The position numbers and the translations under genes were made by a program. The notes under the pieces were generated by a model. It was not told where the DNA came from. It did no database searches and was given only the letters and a program-made list of their open reading frames with translations. Below, one piece after another: positions 47,768 through 58,460 of a stretch of 64,000 bases of DNA. Each line of letters opens with the position of its first letter. The stretch's first letter is position 1. The DNA comes from Ignavibacteria bacterium (GTDB lineage Bacteria > Bacteroidota > Ignavibacteria > Kapaibacteriales > UBA2268), in contig JAOADV010000013.1 in assembly GCA_026417135.1 (NCBI GenBank), positions 1,142 to 65,141 on the forward strand. The letters run 5' to 3'.

Positions 47768-49024
47768 TTATTTCTTTGCTCGTTTAACAACAATAATTGT
47801 TTTATCATCATTAACTTCTGTTTGCCCTTGGAAATTATGAACATCCTCGATTATCGAGTAAGCAATTTCCTTTGAATTCAAATCTTTGTTCTTACGTAAA
47901 AGTTCAACCAAACGGTCTTCGCCATAAATATTTCGCTGTGAGTCCAAAGCATCACTTATTCCGTCGGTGTAAAGTAAAAGAATATCGCCTATTCCCATTT
48001 GAATGTTTTCGACTTTAAAATTTTGTTCTGGAAGCAATCCAAGAAGACCACCAGTCGGAAGTAATTTCGAAATTTTGTCGTTTCTAGCTCGGTAATGGAT
48101 TGGAGCGCAATGCCCAGCGTTAACATATAGAACTAATCGGTTCGAGGTATTTGTCAACTCGCAATAAAAAAGAGTTACAAAACGTTCATACGGAAAAGCT
48201 TTATAAACTAAATGATTTAGTTTTTTGAATAAATCACTCATACGAATTGAGTAACTCCAGCCCATTCTCATTGCCCCAGAAACATAAAGGGCTTGGACTG
48301 CGGCAGAAAGACCCTTGCTGGCAGCATCGCTTATTACAATTCCAAGCCGTTCTTCTTCGCCTTCCATCTTCAAGTAATCAAAATAATCGCCCCCGACAGC
48401 ACTATCGGGAATGCAGACGCCAAAAATTTCATAATCCAAAAACTCGAGATAATGGTCTGGCAAAAGGTTCTTTTGTATTTGAGCAGCTTGGTACAAGTCG
48501 TCGCGAATCTTCTTTTTTTCGATATTATCAACTATGTTCTTAATCGATATCGTTGCAACACTACTAATTACTGTTAATGTTTCGATAAACTTCGAGTCTA
48601 TCTCCGGACCATTAAAACCCAAAAGATATTTGTAAAACTTACCATCACGGGTTCTTATGATTGGACCAACCCCAGAAGCCGAGTACATTTGAATTCCCTT
48701 TTCTTTTAAAAGCTTATCTGTTTCGATATTGACCATTGTGCGTTCAAATACAATTCTCGACAAAAACGGTTGGTCTTGGATGTATATTTTATAACCTTCT
48801 GGAATTTTTTCGACGTTCCCATATTGCATACGCAAGACGTAAGCCATTTCGTCGACGAGGAGTTCCCAAACGCGACCTCCAGTAATATTAAAGCCTTTAT
48901 GATTGACTAAATCCTTCACCAAACGCTTCAACAAAGCAAGTGGTTCTCGAAAATTTCCAGAGACAAGTTTTTCGACAACCTTATAAATTTCCCTTTGTTG
49001 GGAAATACTTATACTTTCTTCCAT
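47768..49024 (-). CDS. PP2C-type serine phosphatase (SpoIIE/RsbU-like) with N-terminal GAF-like sensor domain
   Basis: GGDYFDY, ISDAASKGLSAAV, and C-terminal DG/ND metal-binding motifs of PPM phosphatases. The N-terminal 190 aa form a separate domain. Confidence 0.75.
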   Translation of the reverse strand: MEESISISQQREIYKVVEKLVSGNFREPLALLKRLVKDLVNHKGFNITGGRVWELLVDEMAYVLRMQYGNVEKIPEGYKIYIQDQPFLSRIVFERTMVNIETDKLLKEKGIQMYSASGVGPIIRTRDGKFYKYLLGFNGPEIDSKFIETLTVISSVATISIKNIVDNIEKKKIRDDLYQAAQIQKNLLPDHYLEFLDYEIFGVCIPDSAVGGDYFDYLKMEGEEERLGIVISDAASKGLSAAVQALYVSGAMRMGWSYSIRMSDLFKKLNHLVYKAFPYERFVTLFYCELTNTSNRLVLYVNAGHCAPIHYRARNDKISKLLPTGGLLGLLPEQNFKVENIQMGIGDILLLYTDGISDALDSQRNIYGEDRLVELLRKNKDLNSKEIAYSIIEDVHNFQGQTEVNDDKTIIVVKRAKK

Positions 49025-49030
49025 TACTAA

Positions 49031-49213
49031 TTATTTCGTGTAAACAATTAAAAAAATGATAATAATCAAAATCAAAATCAAAAAAAAGACAAATTTAGTT
49101 AGTCTCTTGATAATTCCAAAGAGGACGGCTAAAAAAAGGAAGAAAAGGACAATTTGAAGAATAAGAGGAAGATTATCGAACCAATTGAAAATATCGTTAA
49201 TTGGGGACTGCAT
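49031..49213 (-). CDS. small hydrophobic protein (doubtful)
   Basis: 60 aa with two hydrophobic helices. It contains an AATCAAAATCAAAATCA microsatellite and may not be expressed. Confidence 0.25.
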   Translation of the reverse strand: MQSPINDIFNWFDNLPLILQIVLFFLFLAVLFGIIKRLTKFVFFLILILIIIIFLIVYTK

Positions 49214-49216
49214 AAA

Positions 49217-49999
49217 TTAACTCACACGGAAAGTAAAGGTAATTATACCATACATTTCTTTGTTTTCTTTTAATCTATTGAAGCGCCACTGACGGAGGGC
49301 TTCCATTGCTGCTCTTTCGAGAACAGGGTCTCCCTTTTGTAATGGAACCATACTTATAACTGAACCGTCGGCCGAGACGGTAAAACGAATCTTAATTTGT
49401 GCATTTACATTATAACCTGTCGGGTATTTTGGCAAAACCTTGTATAGAACAATTCTATTTCCACCACCGCCCCATTCGATTTCTCCAAGACCGTAGCCGG
49501 AACCCGGACCTAAACCTTCTTCGCCAAGGCCTGTTCCTTGACTGCCATCGGGTTTACCTATATCGCGAGCACCAGTCCCATCGCTTTTTTTATCACCAGA
49601 TTCACTCGATAATTTCTCGACTGGTTTTATTGTTTTCGCTAAAAGTGGGTCGTCGATTTCCGATGGTGTTGCTCCTCGTTTAGCTGCAACGCTAGCGTCT
49701 TCCAATTGGTTGACAGGAGATTTACCTTTATGGGCAGCCCCTTCTTGCGATAAATTCCCTTTGCTTAACCCAGTTCCATCGCCAAGACCAAAATTAATTA
49801 GTTCAAGCGGTATCAACTTTACATCGTTCTTGGGTGTCGCTGTTGGTTCAACTTGACACATCGAGACGATAAAAACCAAAACTGAATGTATCGCAAGAGA
49901 AATTGCAAAACCTCTTGCTGTATTCGGGTCCCAATGAAATTTAATTTGTATTTGTTTCTCTTCTTGAAAGCCTTTGTACATTTTCTCCCCCAACCCCAA
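49217..49999 (-). CDS. TonB family energy-transducer (C-terminal TonB domain)
   Basis: N-terminal TM anchor, a Gly/Pro-rich linker, and a C-terminal TonB_C-like fold (IVLYKVLPKYP...AQIKIRFTVSADGSV...AMEALRQWRF). Confidence 0.65.
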   Translation of the reverse strand: MGLGEKMYKGFQEEKQIQIKFHWDPNTARGFAISLAIHSVLVFIVSMCQVEPTATPKNDVKLIPLELINFGLGDGTGLSKGNLSQEGAAHKGKSPVNQLEDASVAAKRGATPSEIDDPLLAKTIKPVEKLSSESGDKKSDGTGARDIGKPDGSQGTGLGEEGLGPGSGYGLGEIEWGGGGNRIVLYKVLPKYPTGYNVNAQIKIRFTVSADGSVISMVPLQKGDPVLERAAMEALRQWRFNRLKENKEMYGIITFTFRVS

Positions 50000-50372
50000 C
50001 TAAGACAAAAATACAAAATTTATTTTTCTTAATCTAATCATTTGTTTTATCGCATGTTGTAAGTATATACACGAAAAATTGCCGAAATTGTTTCTTAAAA
50101 ACAAATGTGGCGTAAATAAGTGTATCGAGACAGAATTCGAACAAAGCCTGTAATCTTTCATAATTAAAAGAGGGAGGTAAAATTAAAATTTTTAAAACAC
50201 AACCCGAAGGTAGAAAGAATCCTTTTTTAGCCAACTAATTAGGTATAAAATTAAGAAGGCGGTAAACGAAGCAACTACTTTTTTTTTCGTAATTTTTCCG
50301 ATAATTTGTTTGTATTTTAGATGTTTGGGTTAATTTTCGATTTCGTATTGCTTTTTTTACTAATTTAATTTT

Positions 50373-51338
50373 ATGGTCGAAAATAAAGTTTTTAACGAAA
50401 TTTCGTTGCTTGCAACCGAGAAAAATAATCCTCGTACGAAAAATATCGATATAGCCACAACTGAACAAATACTTCGATTGATAAACGACGAAGATAAACT
50501 TGTCCCCCTTGCTGTCGAAAAGGTAATTCCAAAGATTGCCGAAGCAGTCGAGCTAATTGTGGATACTTTTCGAAGCGGTGGACGATTGTTTTACATTGGA
50601 GCTGGAACAAGTGGGCGGCTTGGAATACTCGACGCAGCGGAGTGTCCGCCGACTTTTGGAACGGACCCAGAAATGGTTCAAGGAATTATTGCTGGTGGGA
50701 AAGCAGCAGTATTTCGGGCACAAGAAGGAGCCGAAGATAACGAAGAAAGTGGGCGCTGCGTTATCGATGAGTATAAAATTACCGAAAAAGATATTATAGT
50801 TGGGATTGCAGCATCGGGAAGAACTCCTTTTGTCAAGTCTGCTCTCCGCAAAGCAAAGGAAAGAAATATAAAGACTATACTAATTGCAACAATACCCGAA
50901 GAACAAGTTAAATCGATGGATATGATTGCCGATATCTATATATGTCCAGTTGTGGGTCCCGAAGTTATTGCTGGCTCGACAAGGATGAAAAGTGGAACAG
51001 CTCAGAAGCTTGTTTTGAATATGCTTTCGACAGCCTCGATGATAAAATTGGGTAAAACGTACAATAATATAATGGTCGATTTGCAATTAACAAGCAACAA
51101 GTTGAAAGAGCGTGCGAAGAAAATAATTATGGACATTTGTAATGTTGACTACAAGGCCGCCTCGAATTATTTGAAGGAAGCGGACGGCAAAGTCAAAGTA
51201 GCTTTGCTGATGATACTTGGAAATCTCGATAAAGAAAATGCCAAGAATTACCTCGAAAAGGCAAATGGTTTTATTAAAATTGCTTTGGATTTGATAAAAA
51301 AGGAAGATGCAAACCAAAAGTGTAATCAGTGTTCGTAA
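50373..51338 (+). CDS. murQ: N-acetylmuramic acid 6-phosphate etherase
   Basis: SIS domain GAGTSGRLGILDAAECPPTF, the catalytic Glu context, and MurQ-length similarity. Confidence 0.8.
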   Translation: MVENKVFNEISLLATEKNNPRTKNIDIATTEQILRLINDEDKLVPLAVEKVIPKIAEAVELIVDTFRSGGRLFYIGAGTSGRLGILDAAECPPTFGTDPEMVQGIIAGGKAAVFRAQEGAEDNEESGRCVIDEYKITEKDIIVGIAASGRTPFVKSALRKAKERNIKTILIATIPEEQVKSMDMIADIYICPVVGPEVIAGSTRMKSGTAQKLVLNMLSTASMIKLGKTYNNIMVDLQLTSNKLKERAKKIIMDICNVDYKAASNYLKEADGKVKVALLMILGNLDKENAKNYLEKANGFIKIALDLIKKEDANQKCNQCS

Positions 51339-52059
51339 TTTATCTGTTGTTTATGGTAATTCAGTAATTTTAAAAGACATAAACTTCGATGTTTATTCTG
51401 GCGAAAAGTTTGTTATTGTCGGAGGCAGTGGTAGCGGAAAAAGTACATTACTTCGACAAATAATCGGGCTCGAAAGACCAACAACTGGAAGCATTTTTAT
51501 CTTTGGCGAAGATTTAACCCAAGCTGAAAGCAAGAAAAGAGAAAAGATTTTGCAAAACTTCGGAGTACTTTTCCAATCGAGTGGCTTAATTTCTTCGATG
51601 ACATTATTTGAAAACATAGAGTTGCCCTTAAGAGAATTTACAAAATTGAACAGTGACCGAATAGAACACTTGGTTAAATTAAAGCTTAAACTTGTCGGTT
51701 TGGAAGGTTACGAAGAACACTACCCTTCGCAATTAAGTGGTGGAATGAGAAAGCGCGCTGGTATTGCTCGGGCATTAGCATTAGACCCGCCTATTCTTTG
51801 TTTGGACGAGCCTTCGTCGGGCTTAGACCCCGTTACGTCGGCTTCCTTAGATGAACTGATAATAAATTTAAATATTTCACTCGGAATAACCATTGTGGCT
51901 GTTACCCACGAGCTTTCAAGTATTTCAAAAATTGCCGACAGAATAATTATGTTGGACAAAAATACGAAAACAATCATTGCATCGGGGAGCTTTCAAGAAT
52001 TAGTAAACTACAAGTCAAATAAACTCGTTTACAATTTTTTTAATAGAATTCCTGCATAA
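51307..52059 (+). CDS. ABC transporter ATP-binding protein (MlaF-like)
   Basis: Walker A GGSGSGKST, signature LSGGMRKRAGIARAL, Walker B LCLDEP. No permease gene is adjacent. Confidence 0.75.
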   Translation: MQTKSVISVRNLSVVYGNSVILKDINFDVYSGEKFVIVGGSGSGKSTLLRQIIGLERPTTGSIFIFGEDLTQAESKKREKILQNFGVLFQSSGLISSMTLFENIELPLREFTKLNSDRIEHLVKLKLKLVGLEGYEEHYPSQLSGGMRKRAGIARALALDPPILCLDEPSSGLDPVTSASLDELIINLNISLGITIVAVTHELSSISKIADRIIMLDKNTKTIIASGSFQELVNYKSNKLVYNFFNRIPA

Positions 52060-52061
52060 GT

Positions 52062-52400
52062 ATGATTAAAATTGTATTCTTAGTCTTATCCGTGCTTTAT
52101 GTCTTGCCGGGTTGCAGCGAAGAGAAGTTCACTGCCGAAGAAAAGAAGTTCATTGCAACATACAAAGAAATATTACTTGCTCGCTATACAATTGCAGATT
52201 CAACCGAGGCAGATAAAGAGGTTAAGAAGATTCTGAAGAAAAACGGGTACACTTTTCGAGAATTTCTAAACAAATCTATCGAAATTCGTTCGAGAGACCC
52301 AAAGAAATTCAATGAAATTATAGATTCAATTCGAACAACGGCGATAAACGAAATAATAGAGGCAAAGAAAAAAGAGTTTGGTCAGCCTTCCCAACGATAA
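52062..52400 (+). CDS. small lipoprotein, unknown function
   Basis: Signal peptide with the lipobox LPGCS. A helical, Lys/Glu-rich mature part. Confidence 0.4.
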   Translation: MIKIVFLVLSVLYVLPGCSEEKFTAEEKKFIATYKEILLARYTIADSTEADKEVKKILKKNGYTFREFLNKSIEIRSRDPKKFNEIIDSIRTTAINEIIEAKKKEFGQPSQR

Positions 52401-53293
52401 CCTCGAAGAAATTCTTCAATTTTCAAAACTTTTCGTCCTTCGAGTTGAACTTCCCGAGGCAAAATGTATCCATTTTTGCAAGAAAAAGCAAACTGCCCAT
52501 CGATATAGTGAATCTCGCCCAAATCAAAATTATGCTCCTTTTCCAAATAGTCGCATCTTAATATTTTAAAACGCTTACCTTTCAAAAAAGTCCAAGCACC
52601 CGGCTTGGGAGAAACGCCGTGGATAAAATTTCGCAATTGCTTGGCTTCCATCTCCCAGGTTATTCGACACATTTCTGGATTAATTTTAGGAGCTCGAGTT
52701 GCAAGACTATCGTCTTGTTTTCTAAGCTCGTAGTTGCCACTTGCCAGGAGTTTGCAAGTTTGGACTGCAATTTCCCCAGCAATAGGAGCGAAAAAGTCGT
52801 GTAAATCCCCAGCCGTGAAGTTTTCGGGAATTTCGTATTCCCATTGCAATACGATATTTCCAGCGTCAACTTCTTCTTTCAAAATGAAAGTAGTAATTCC
52901 AGTTTTAGTTTCTCCATTAATTATTGTCCAATTTATTGGTGCTGGTCCCCTAAATTTTGGCAAAAGGCTGGGATGTACATTAAACGAAGCAATTCTAGCT
53001 TTGGTAAAAACCTCGGTTGGAAGAATACGAAAAGCAACGACAACGATAATGTCGGGGGCAATTTCTTCGAGCAAACGCAAGAAAGTTTCGTCCTTCAATT
53101 TTTCGGGTTGAGCGATTGGAATTCCCAATTCTATTGCTTTTAATTTTACTGGTGGGGGGCTAAGCTTTAAGCCTTTACCTGCGGGTTTGTCGGGATTTGT
53201 TACAACCAATTTTACACCAAATTCTTTGTGTAAAGTTTCCAGCGTCGGTATTGCGAATTCTGGTGTGCCCATAAAAACTATTTTCATAATCAC
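52382..53293 (-). CDS. fmt: methionyl-tRNA formyltransferase
   Basis: MKIVFMGTPEFAIPTLETL, the formyltransferase SLLP/HPS motifs, and the C-terminal Fmt domain. Confidence 0.85.
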   Translation of the reverse strand: MIMKIVFMGTPEFAIPTLETLHKEFGVKLVVTNPDKPAGKGLKLSPPPVKLKAIELGIPIAQPEKLKDETFLRLLEEIAPDIIVVVAFRILPTEVFTKARIASFNVHPSLLPKFRGPAPINWTIINGETKTGITTFILKEEVDAGNIVLQWEYEIPENFTAGDLHDFFAPIAGEIAVQTCKLLASGNYELRKQDDSLATRAPKINPEMCRITWEMEAKQLRNFIHGVSPKPGAWTFLKGKRFKILRCDYLEKEHNFDLGEIHYIDGQFAFSCKNGYILPREVQLEGRKVLKIEEFLRGYRWEG

Positions 53294-53363
53294 AAGGTTA
53301 ATTTTTTATTAAAAAATCATATTTTGCAAAAATATAGAATAATGTGAACAATTTTGTTTAATT

Positions 53364-55865
53364 ATGGCAAAACAAAATATAAAGAAGGGTGCAAAGAAAA
53401 AAGAAATAATACCATCCAATTTTCAAGGCTTATTTGCAATCTTAACAATTTCCATTCTACTTTTTATTTTCTTTTGGGGACCTTTGACTGGGGGTGGATT
53501 TATCGACTTCGATAACCTTTCTTCTCTTGCTTTTCGACCATTTATTGAACAAGCAAGTAAAAAAGGTGAGTTTCCACTTTGGACTCCACTTATTTTTAGT
53601 GGTATGCCAGCTTATGCCTCGCTTTTGGTTACGGGGCAAAGGACTTGGGATATAATTGCACAAATTATAACAAATTTTTCGGTAGGGTTTGGTGGTATCT
53701 TTGGAGGCGACCTTGCAAGAGTTCTCTTTTTCTATATCTTGTATGGCATTGGCATATATTGGTTGATGAGATATAAAAACTTCCCAAAACTTATTGCATT
53801 ATTTTCTTCCTTTGCTGCAATATTTTCTACTTATGTAATAACTTGGGTAATGATTGGGCACAACACCAAGCCAATTGTTGTTGCAATGTTTCCATATACC
53901 ATACTATTTTTCGAAAAATTGAAGCAGAAGTTTAATCTTTTAGATTTTGGTTTATTGACAATTGCTTTTGCAATTATGTTCATAGGAAATCATCTCCAAA
54001 TGATTTTCTATGGTGGCTTGATTTTGGCTGTTTATATAATTTACGACATCGTTGCTGGTCTGTTCAAGAAAGAAAAAATATTAGGAAAAATTAGGGCGGT
54101 TCTCCTAACTGCAGTTTCGCTTGGGTTTGCGTTTTTGATGTCGGCCGATAGGTACTTTTCGACCTTCGAGTACGCACCATATTCGGTTCGAGGTTCAGCA
54201 CCTATTGAAAAGATACAAAAAGATGAAAGTAAGCAAGCCAACCAAAGCGATTACGAATATGCGACAATGTGGTCCATTAGCCCCGAAGAACTTTTCACTT
54301 TCCTTGTCCCAAGCTATTTTGGCTTTGGTATTCGTGAATACCGAGATACAAAAGTATCCACCTATTGGGGTAAAAAGGAATCCGAAGATTCACCACCATA
54401 TATGGGAATTCTTGTTATAGGCTTTGCTATCCTGGGGTTGATTTTTTATAGAAAAGAAACTTTTGTCCAAGCACTTTTCATCGTTATCCTTTTGGGAATT
54501 TTCCTTTCCTTTGGCAAATACTTACCTTTCCTGTATAATCTGTTTTATAACTACTTTCCTTCGTTTAGTAAATTCCGGGCGCCTTCGATGGCTTTAATCC
54601 TTGTTCATTTTTCAATTCCAATCCTTGCTGGCTACGGCTTAAAAAGTTTAATTAATTTCAAAACGGAATTTCTGCGGAACAAACGTTTACAATTTTGGTT
54701 AGTTTTTATTCCATTTCTTTTTCTTCTTCTTGCATTCTTTTTCTCAGCTTTTATGAAGACCCCATATATTAATGCTGTTGCCAACTCAGAAGTGTATCAA
54801 AGATTAGCAAATACCTACGGGCAAAATGTTACATTCGAGTTGCAAGAATTTGTTTGGGGGAAAACAATTCAAGATTGGTATCTGAACGCATTGTTTTTAC
54901 TTGCGTCGGCAATTCTTGCTGTTTTATTTGTAAAAGATAAAGTCAAGTACTTATCGTTAATGGTTTTTATTGGTATACTAACAGTTATTGATTTGTTCCG
55001 TATCGATTATGAACGGATGGAATATTCCGAAAAGATAAGTTACAAAGACGTCTTTGCAGAAAGAGAAGATATATACGATTTCATTAAAAAGGACCAATCG
55101 GTTTATCGAATTGCAGATTTTTCGGTGAACCCTGCAAATCTTACCGCTTACTATTTAGTCGAAAATATCAATGGATACCACGCTGCAAAACTTCGTGTCT
55201 ATCAAGATTTGCTCGATGTTGCTAATATGGAGGGGATGGAAGGTTCAACCTCCCAACTCTATAATCCTTTTATGTGGAATTTACTGAATGTAAAATATAT
55301 TATTTTTAATCGAAAAATTGAGGGGCTGGTGCCAATCTACCAAGGACAAAGGGCGCAAGCAATCGTATATCCGAACCCGAGTGCTTTCGAGCGAGCCTTT
55401 TTTGTAAGGAAGGCAGTTGTAGCCAAACCAATTGATATATTATACCATTTAAAACGTGGCGATTTTAACCCACGAGACACAGTTTTTGTCGAAAAACCTA
55501 TTGCCGAAGAGAAAATAGGATTCGATACGAATGCAACCGCAAGTATTATCGAAAAACGTAACGACTATATAAAAATTAAAACGCAAACAAGCGAGAAATC
55601 CCTACTCTTTCTTTCCGAAGTTTACTACCCATACTGGCGTGCCTATATCGATGGTAAAGAAGTCGAAATAATTAAAGCAAATTATGCCTTTCGCGCTGTT
55701 GTCGTTCCTTCTGGCGAACACATACTCGAAATGAAAATAATTTCCCCAGGGTTCGAAAAAGGTAAGACTTTTTCTTTACTTGCAAATGTTATCACACTTG
55801 TGGTAATAGCAATAGGAATTTTTTGGAATTTGCAAAGTAGGAAAACCAATTCGCAAGAGATTTAA
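53364..55865 (+). CDS. YfhO-family large polytopic membrane protein (putative glycosyl/glycopolymer transferase)
   Basis: 833 aa, with more than 12 TM segments in the first 500 aa then a large extracytoplasmic C-terminal domain. The size and architecture are typical of YfhO. Confidence 0.45.
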   Translation: MAKQNIKKGAKKKEIIPSNFQGLFAILTISILLFIFFWGPLTGGGFIDFDNLSSLAFRPFIEQASKKGEFPLWTPLIFSGMPAYASLLVTGQRTWDIIAQIITNFSVGFGGIFGGDLARVLFFYILYGIGIYWLMRYKNFPKLIALFSSFAAIFSTYVITWVMIGHNTKPIVVAMFPYTILFFEKLKQKFNLLDFGLLTIAFAIMFIGNHLQMIFYGGLILAVYIIYDIVAGLFKKEKILGKIRAVLLTAVSLGFAFLMSADRYFSTFEYAPYSVRGSAPIEKIQKDESKQANQSDYEYATMWSISPEELFTFLVPSYFGFGIREYRDTKVSTYWGKKESEDSPPYMGILVIGFAILGLIFYRKETFVQALFIVILLGIFLSFGKYLPFLYNLFYNYFPSFSKFRAPSMALILVHFSIPILAGYGLKSLINFKTEFLRNKRLQFWLVFIPFLFLLLAFFFSAFMKTPYINAVANSEVYQRLANTYGQNVTFELQEFVWGKTIQDWYLNALFLLASAILAVLFVKDKVKYLSLMVFIGILTVIDLFRIDYERMEYSEKISYKDVFAEREDIYDFIKKDQSVYRIADFSVNPANLTAYYLVENINGYHAAKLRVYQDLLDVANMEGMEGSTSQLYNPFMWNLLNVKYIIFNRKIEGLVPIYQGQRAQAIVYPNPSAFERAFFVRKAVVAKPIDILYHLKRGDFNPRDTVFVEKPIAEEKIGFDTNATASIIEKRNDYIKIKTQTSEKSLLFLSEVYYPYWRAYIDGKEVEIIKANYAFRAVVVPSGEHILEMKIISPGFEKGKTFSLLANVITLVVIAIGIFWNLQSRKTNSQEI

Positions 55866-55924
55866 AATTTTAATTCTTTTTCAAGTTTTACTTTGTTATT
55901 AGAAAAATATTGGATTCAAATATA

Positions 55925-57001
55925 TTAATGTTTTCTTTTTGGTTCAAATTCCATTACCGCTTGATAGACAGCGTCGACAATTTCTTCTTCTTTTACTTTA
56001 CGGATAATTTCTCCGTTTACAAAAAGAATACCAACTCCTTTACCAGCAGCAATACCAATGTCTGCTTCTCGTGCTTCGCCAGGTCCGTTGACAGAGCACC
56101 CGAGAACAGCCACTTTAACTGGTTTCCTTAAATTTTGTAATTTCTTTTCTAATTCTTCGGTGATTTTAAACAAATCCACGTCGAGTCGCCCACAAGTTGG
56201 ACAAGAGATTAATTCAACAGTTCTTTGTGCAAGTCCAAGAGTGCGAAGTATTTCCTTGCCTACCTCAACTTCTTTTTCGGGTTCTGCAGTTAACGAAACT
56301 CGTATCGTATCGCCAATGCCTTCGGCAAGCAAAGTTCCAATTCCAACAGCGGACTTAATTGTACCGACTTTTTCTCTTCCAGCTTCGGTTACACCAAGAT
56401 GAAGTGGGAAATCGGTGGCTTCGGCAATATAGCGGTAGGCTTCTATCATCAGTGGTACATTTGTGCTTTTGACAGAAATGACTATATCTTCAAATCCTAA
56501 TTCTGTGCAGTATTTTATATGTCGCATAGCACTTTCGTAAAGTGCCTCGGCGGTTGGATATCCAAACTTTTCTAATAAGTCCTTTTCGAGCGAGCCACTA
56601 TTGACTCCAATTCGGATAGGTATTTTTCGTTTCTTCGCTGCTTCGATTACTTCTTTGATTCTTTCTTTCGAGCCAATATTGCCGGGATTGATTCGAACTT
56701 TTGCAACACCAGCTTCGATAGATGCAAGAGCATAAATATGGTTGAAATGTATATCTGCAACGATTGGGATATCGACTCGACGAACGATTTCGCTGATTGC
56801 CGAAGCAGCTTCGCGGTCGTTAACCGTTACGCGAACAATATCGGCACCTACCTCTTGACATCTTTTAATTTGTGCAACAGTTGCTTCGATATCGGCAGTT
56901 TTGGTTTTTGTCATCGTTTGCACAGATATCGGGGCTCCACCACCAATTGGTATTCCACCGACAATAACTTGGCGAGACTTTCGACGGGGATATCTTAGCA
57001 T
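55925..57001 (-). CDS. ispG: 4-hydroxy-3-methylbut-2-en-1-yl diphosphate synthase
   Basis: GcpE TIM-barrel region plus C-terminal 4Fe-4S Cys (CPTCGR ...C..NGPGE). Confidence 0.9.
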   Translation of the reverse strand: MLRYPRRKSRQVIVGGIPIGGGAPISVQTMTKTKTADIEATVAQIKRCQEVGADIVRVTVNDREAASAISEIVRRVDIPIVADIHFNHIYALASIEAGVAKVRINPGNIGSKERIKEVIEAAKKRKIPIRIGVNSGSLEKDLLEKFGYPTAEALYESAMRHIKYCTELGFEDIVISVKSTNVPLMIEAYRYIAEATDFPLHLGVTEAGREKVGTIKSAVGIGTLLAEGIGDTIRVSLTAEPEKEVEVGKEILRTLGLAQRTVELISCPTCGRLDVDLFKITEELEKKLQNLRKPVKVAVLGCSVNGPGEAREADIGIAAGKGVGILFVNGEIIRKVKEEEIVDAVYQAVMEFEPKRKH

Positions 57002-57017
57002 TTTTTTACCAGAATTG

Positions 57018-57959
57018 TTATAGTCGTTTACTCAGTTCAAGAAGTATTCTCTTTTCTTTTTCTGTTAGGCTCTGGTAGCCACGTTCAGAGATTTTGTCTA
57101 AAATTCTATCTATAACATCTTGGGTAATTTCTTCGCCTTCGAAGGAGAAAAATGTTCGTTTAGGTTTTGCATCGTAAACCTCGAAAATATCGTCCTCCTC
57201 GTAAAATTCGCGTCGAGGGGTTGTGGTCTTTCGTATGAAGAAGGTTGGTCGCCGATGAATTTCGAAATGCCGACGGGAACCTCCAGTAATTCGGTCAACA
57301 GCACTATACAAGCCTATTTGGTCTCCGAACTTAAGCAAAAAGAAACCAGTTATGGCACCTCCAAGATGTGCTATATGAGCAACATTTCCAGCGGACCCAG
57401 TAATACCAAGTATAAAAGCAAGCCCAGCGTATAGAATTACAAAGAACTTAGCTGGAATTGGAATAAAAATAGGGAACATAAAAACTGGTCTATCGGGAAA
57501 TGTAAACCCAAAAGCAACTAAAACTCCGAAAACAGAGCCGGATGCACCAATAGTTGGCAAAGGTTCAGAAAAAATTGGGGCGATAAACAATTGAAACAAG
57601 CCAGCACCGATACCAGAAAGAAGATAAAAAGTAAGAAATTTACGGCTACCCCAAATCGATTCTAACTCAATTCCAAACATCCAAAGGGCGAATAAATTGA
57701 AAAAGAGATGGAAAATGCCCCCGTGAATGAATTGATAAGTAATTAGCTGCCAAATGAAGAAATTATCGCCTTGAATTGGATTTAAGTAGAAGTATTTTGC
57801 AAAGTATCGGGAAAGAGGCACCCCTTCGATATGATAGATATTTAAAAATAGAAATTCAAACAAAAAAATTGCTACATTAATTATTAGCAAAGCTTTTATT
57901 ACTGGTGGGAAGAGAGCTCCGCCCCAGAAACCATTTTTGAAAAAAACTTTATTTTCCAT
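57018..57959 (-). CDS. rhomboid family intramembrane serine protease with C-terminal cytoplasmic extension
   Basis: GASGSVFGVL (catalytic Ser) and HLGG (catalytic His) in a 6-TM core, plus ~100 aa of an extra C-terminal domain. Confidence 0.75.
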   Translation of the reverse strand: MENKVFFKNGFWGGALFPPVIKALLIINVAIFLFEFLFLNIYHIEGVPLSRYFAKYFYLNPIQGDNFFIWQLITYQFIHGGIFHLFFNLFALWMFGIELESIWGSRKFLTFYLLSGIGAGLFQLFIAPIFSEPLPTIGASGSVFGVLVAFGFTFPDRPVFMFPIFIPIPAKFFVILYAGLAFILGITGSAGNVAHIAHLGGAITGFFLLKFGDQIGLYSAVDRITGGSRRHFEIHRRPTFFIRKTTTPRREFYEEDDIFEVYDAKPKRTFFSFEGEEITQDVIDRILDKISERGYQSLTEKEKRILLELSKRL

Positions 57960-58007
57960 TTATTCAAAACTAAAAACTTACAAAACGAAACAAAAGTTGT
58001 TAAATTT

Positions 58008-58424
58008 CTAATTAAGGTAAATTTTTGGAAAATCCAAAGAGTTTAGGTTTTTTTTCAAAAACTTGTAGAGTCTATCCCAATTTTCTAAAAATTCGTACCA
58101 ATTGAGCATAAAGATTTCTGGGTTTTCTTCGAAATTTTTCCAATTCAAAGTCAAATTTGTCAAAGTCTGTTCAAAATTAACTATTAAGTCGGGGTCCAAT
58201 TCTTTCGGTTTCCTTTCTTTTAAATATATGTGGATAAAGGGAGTGAACTGATGAACAAAAAATAGAACAAGTGTAATGGACGCTATTAAGTGTGGCGATG
58301 ACTCTTTGGAATTGACTAAGTGGTTAACTATATCTGTTGTCTTATGTATAATTGAATTAACTAATTGAAACTGCCTATTTTCGTCGATTAAATACTTCAT
58401 TGCACATACTTTTAAACTAACCAT
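58008..58424 (-). CDS. hypothetical protein
   Basis: 138-aa ORF with no recognisable motifs and coding-like composition. Confidence 0.3.
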   Translation of the reverse strand: MVSLKVCAMKYLIDENRQFQLVNSIIHKTTDIVNHLVNSKESSPHLIASITLVLFFVHQFTPFIHIYLKERKPKELDPDLIVNFEQTLTNLTLNWKNFEENPEIFMLNWYEFLENWDRLYKFLKKNLNSLDFPKIYLN

Positions 58425-58460
58425 TGATAAAGAATATTAAAGACTAAAATTATTTTATTT

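Noticed and set aside
49060-49090. AATCAAAATCAAAATCAAAAAAAA microsatellite
   Set aside because: Short, imperfect, no spacer/repeat architecture, so not a CRISPR. It lies inside a doubtful 60-aa ORF next to tonB.
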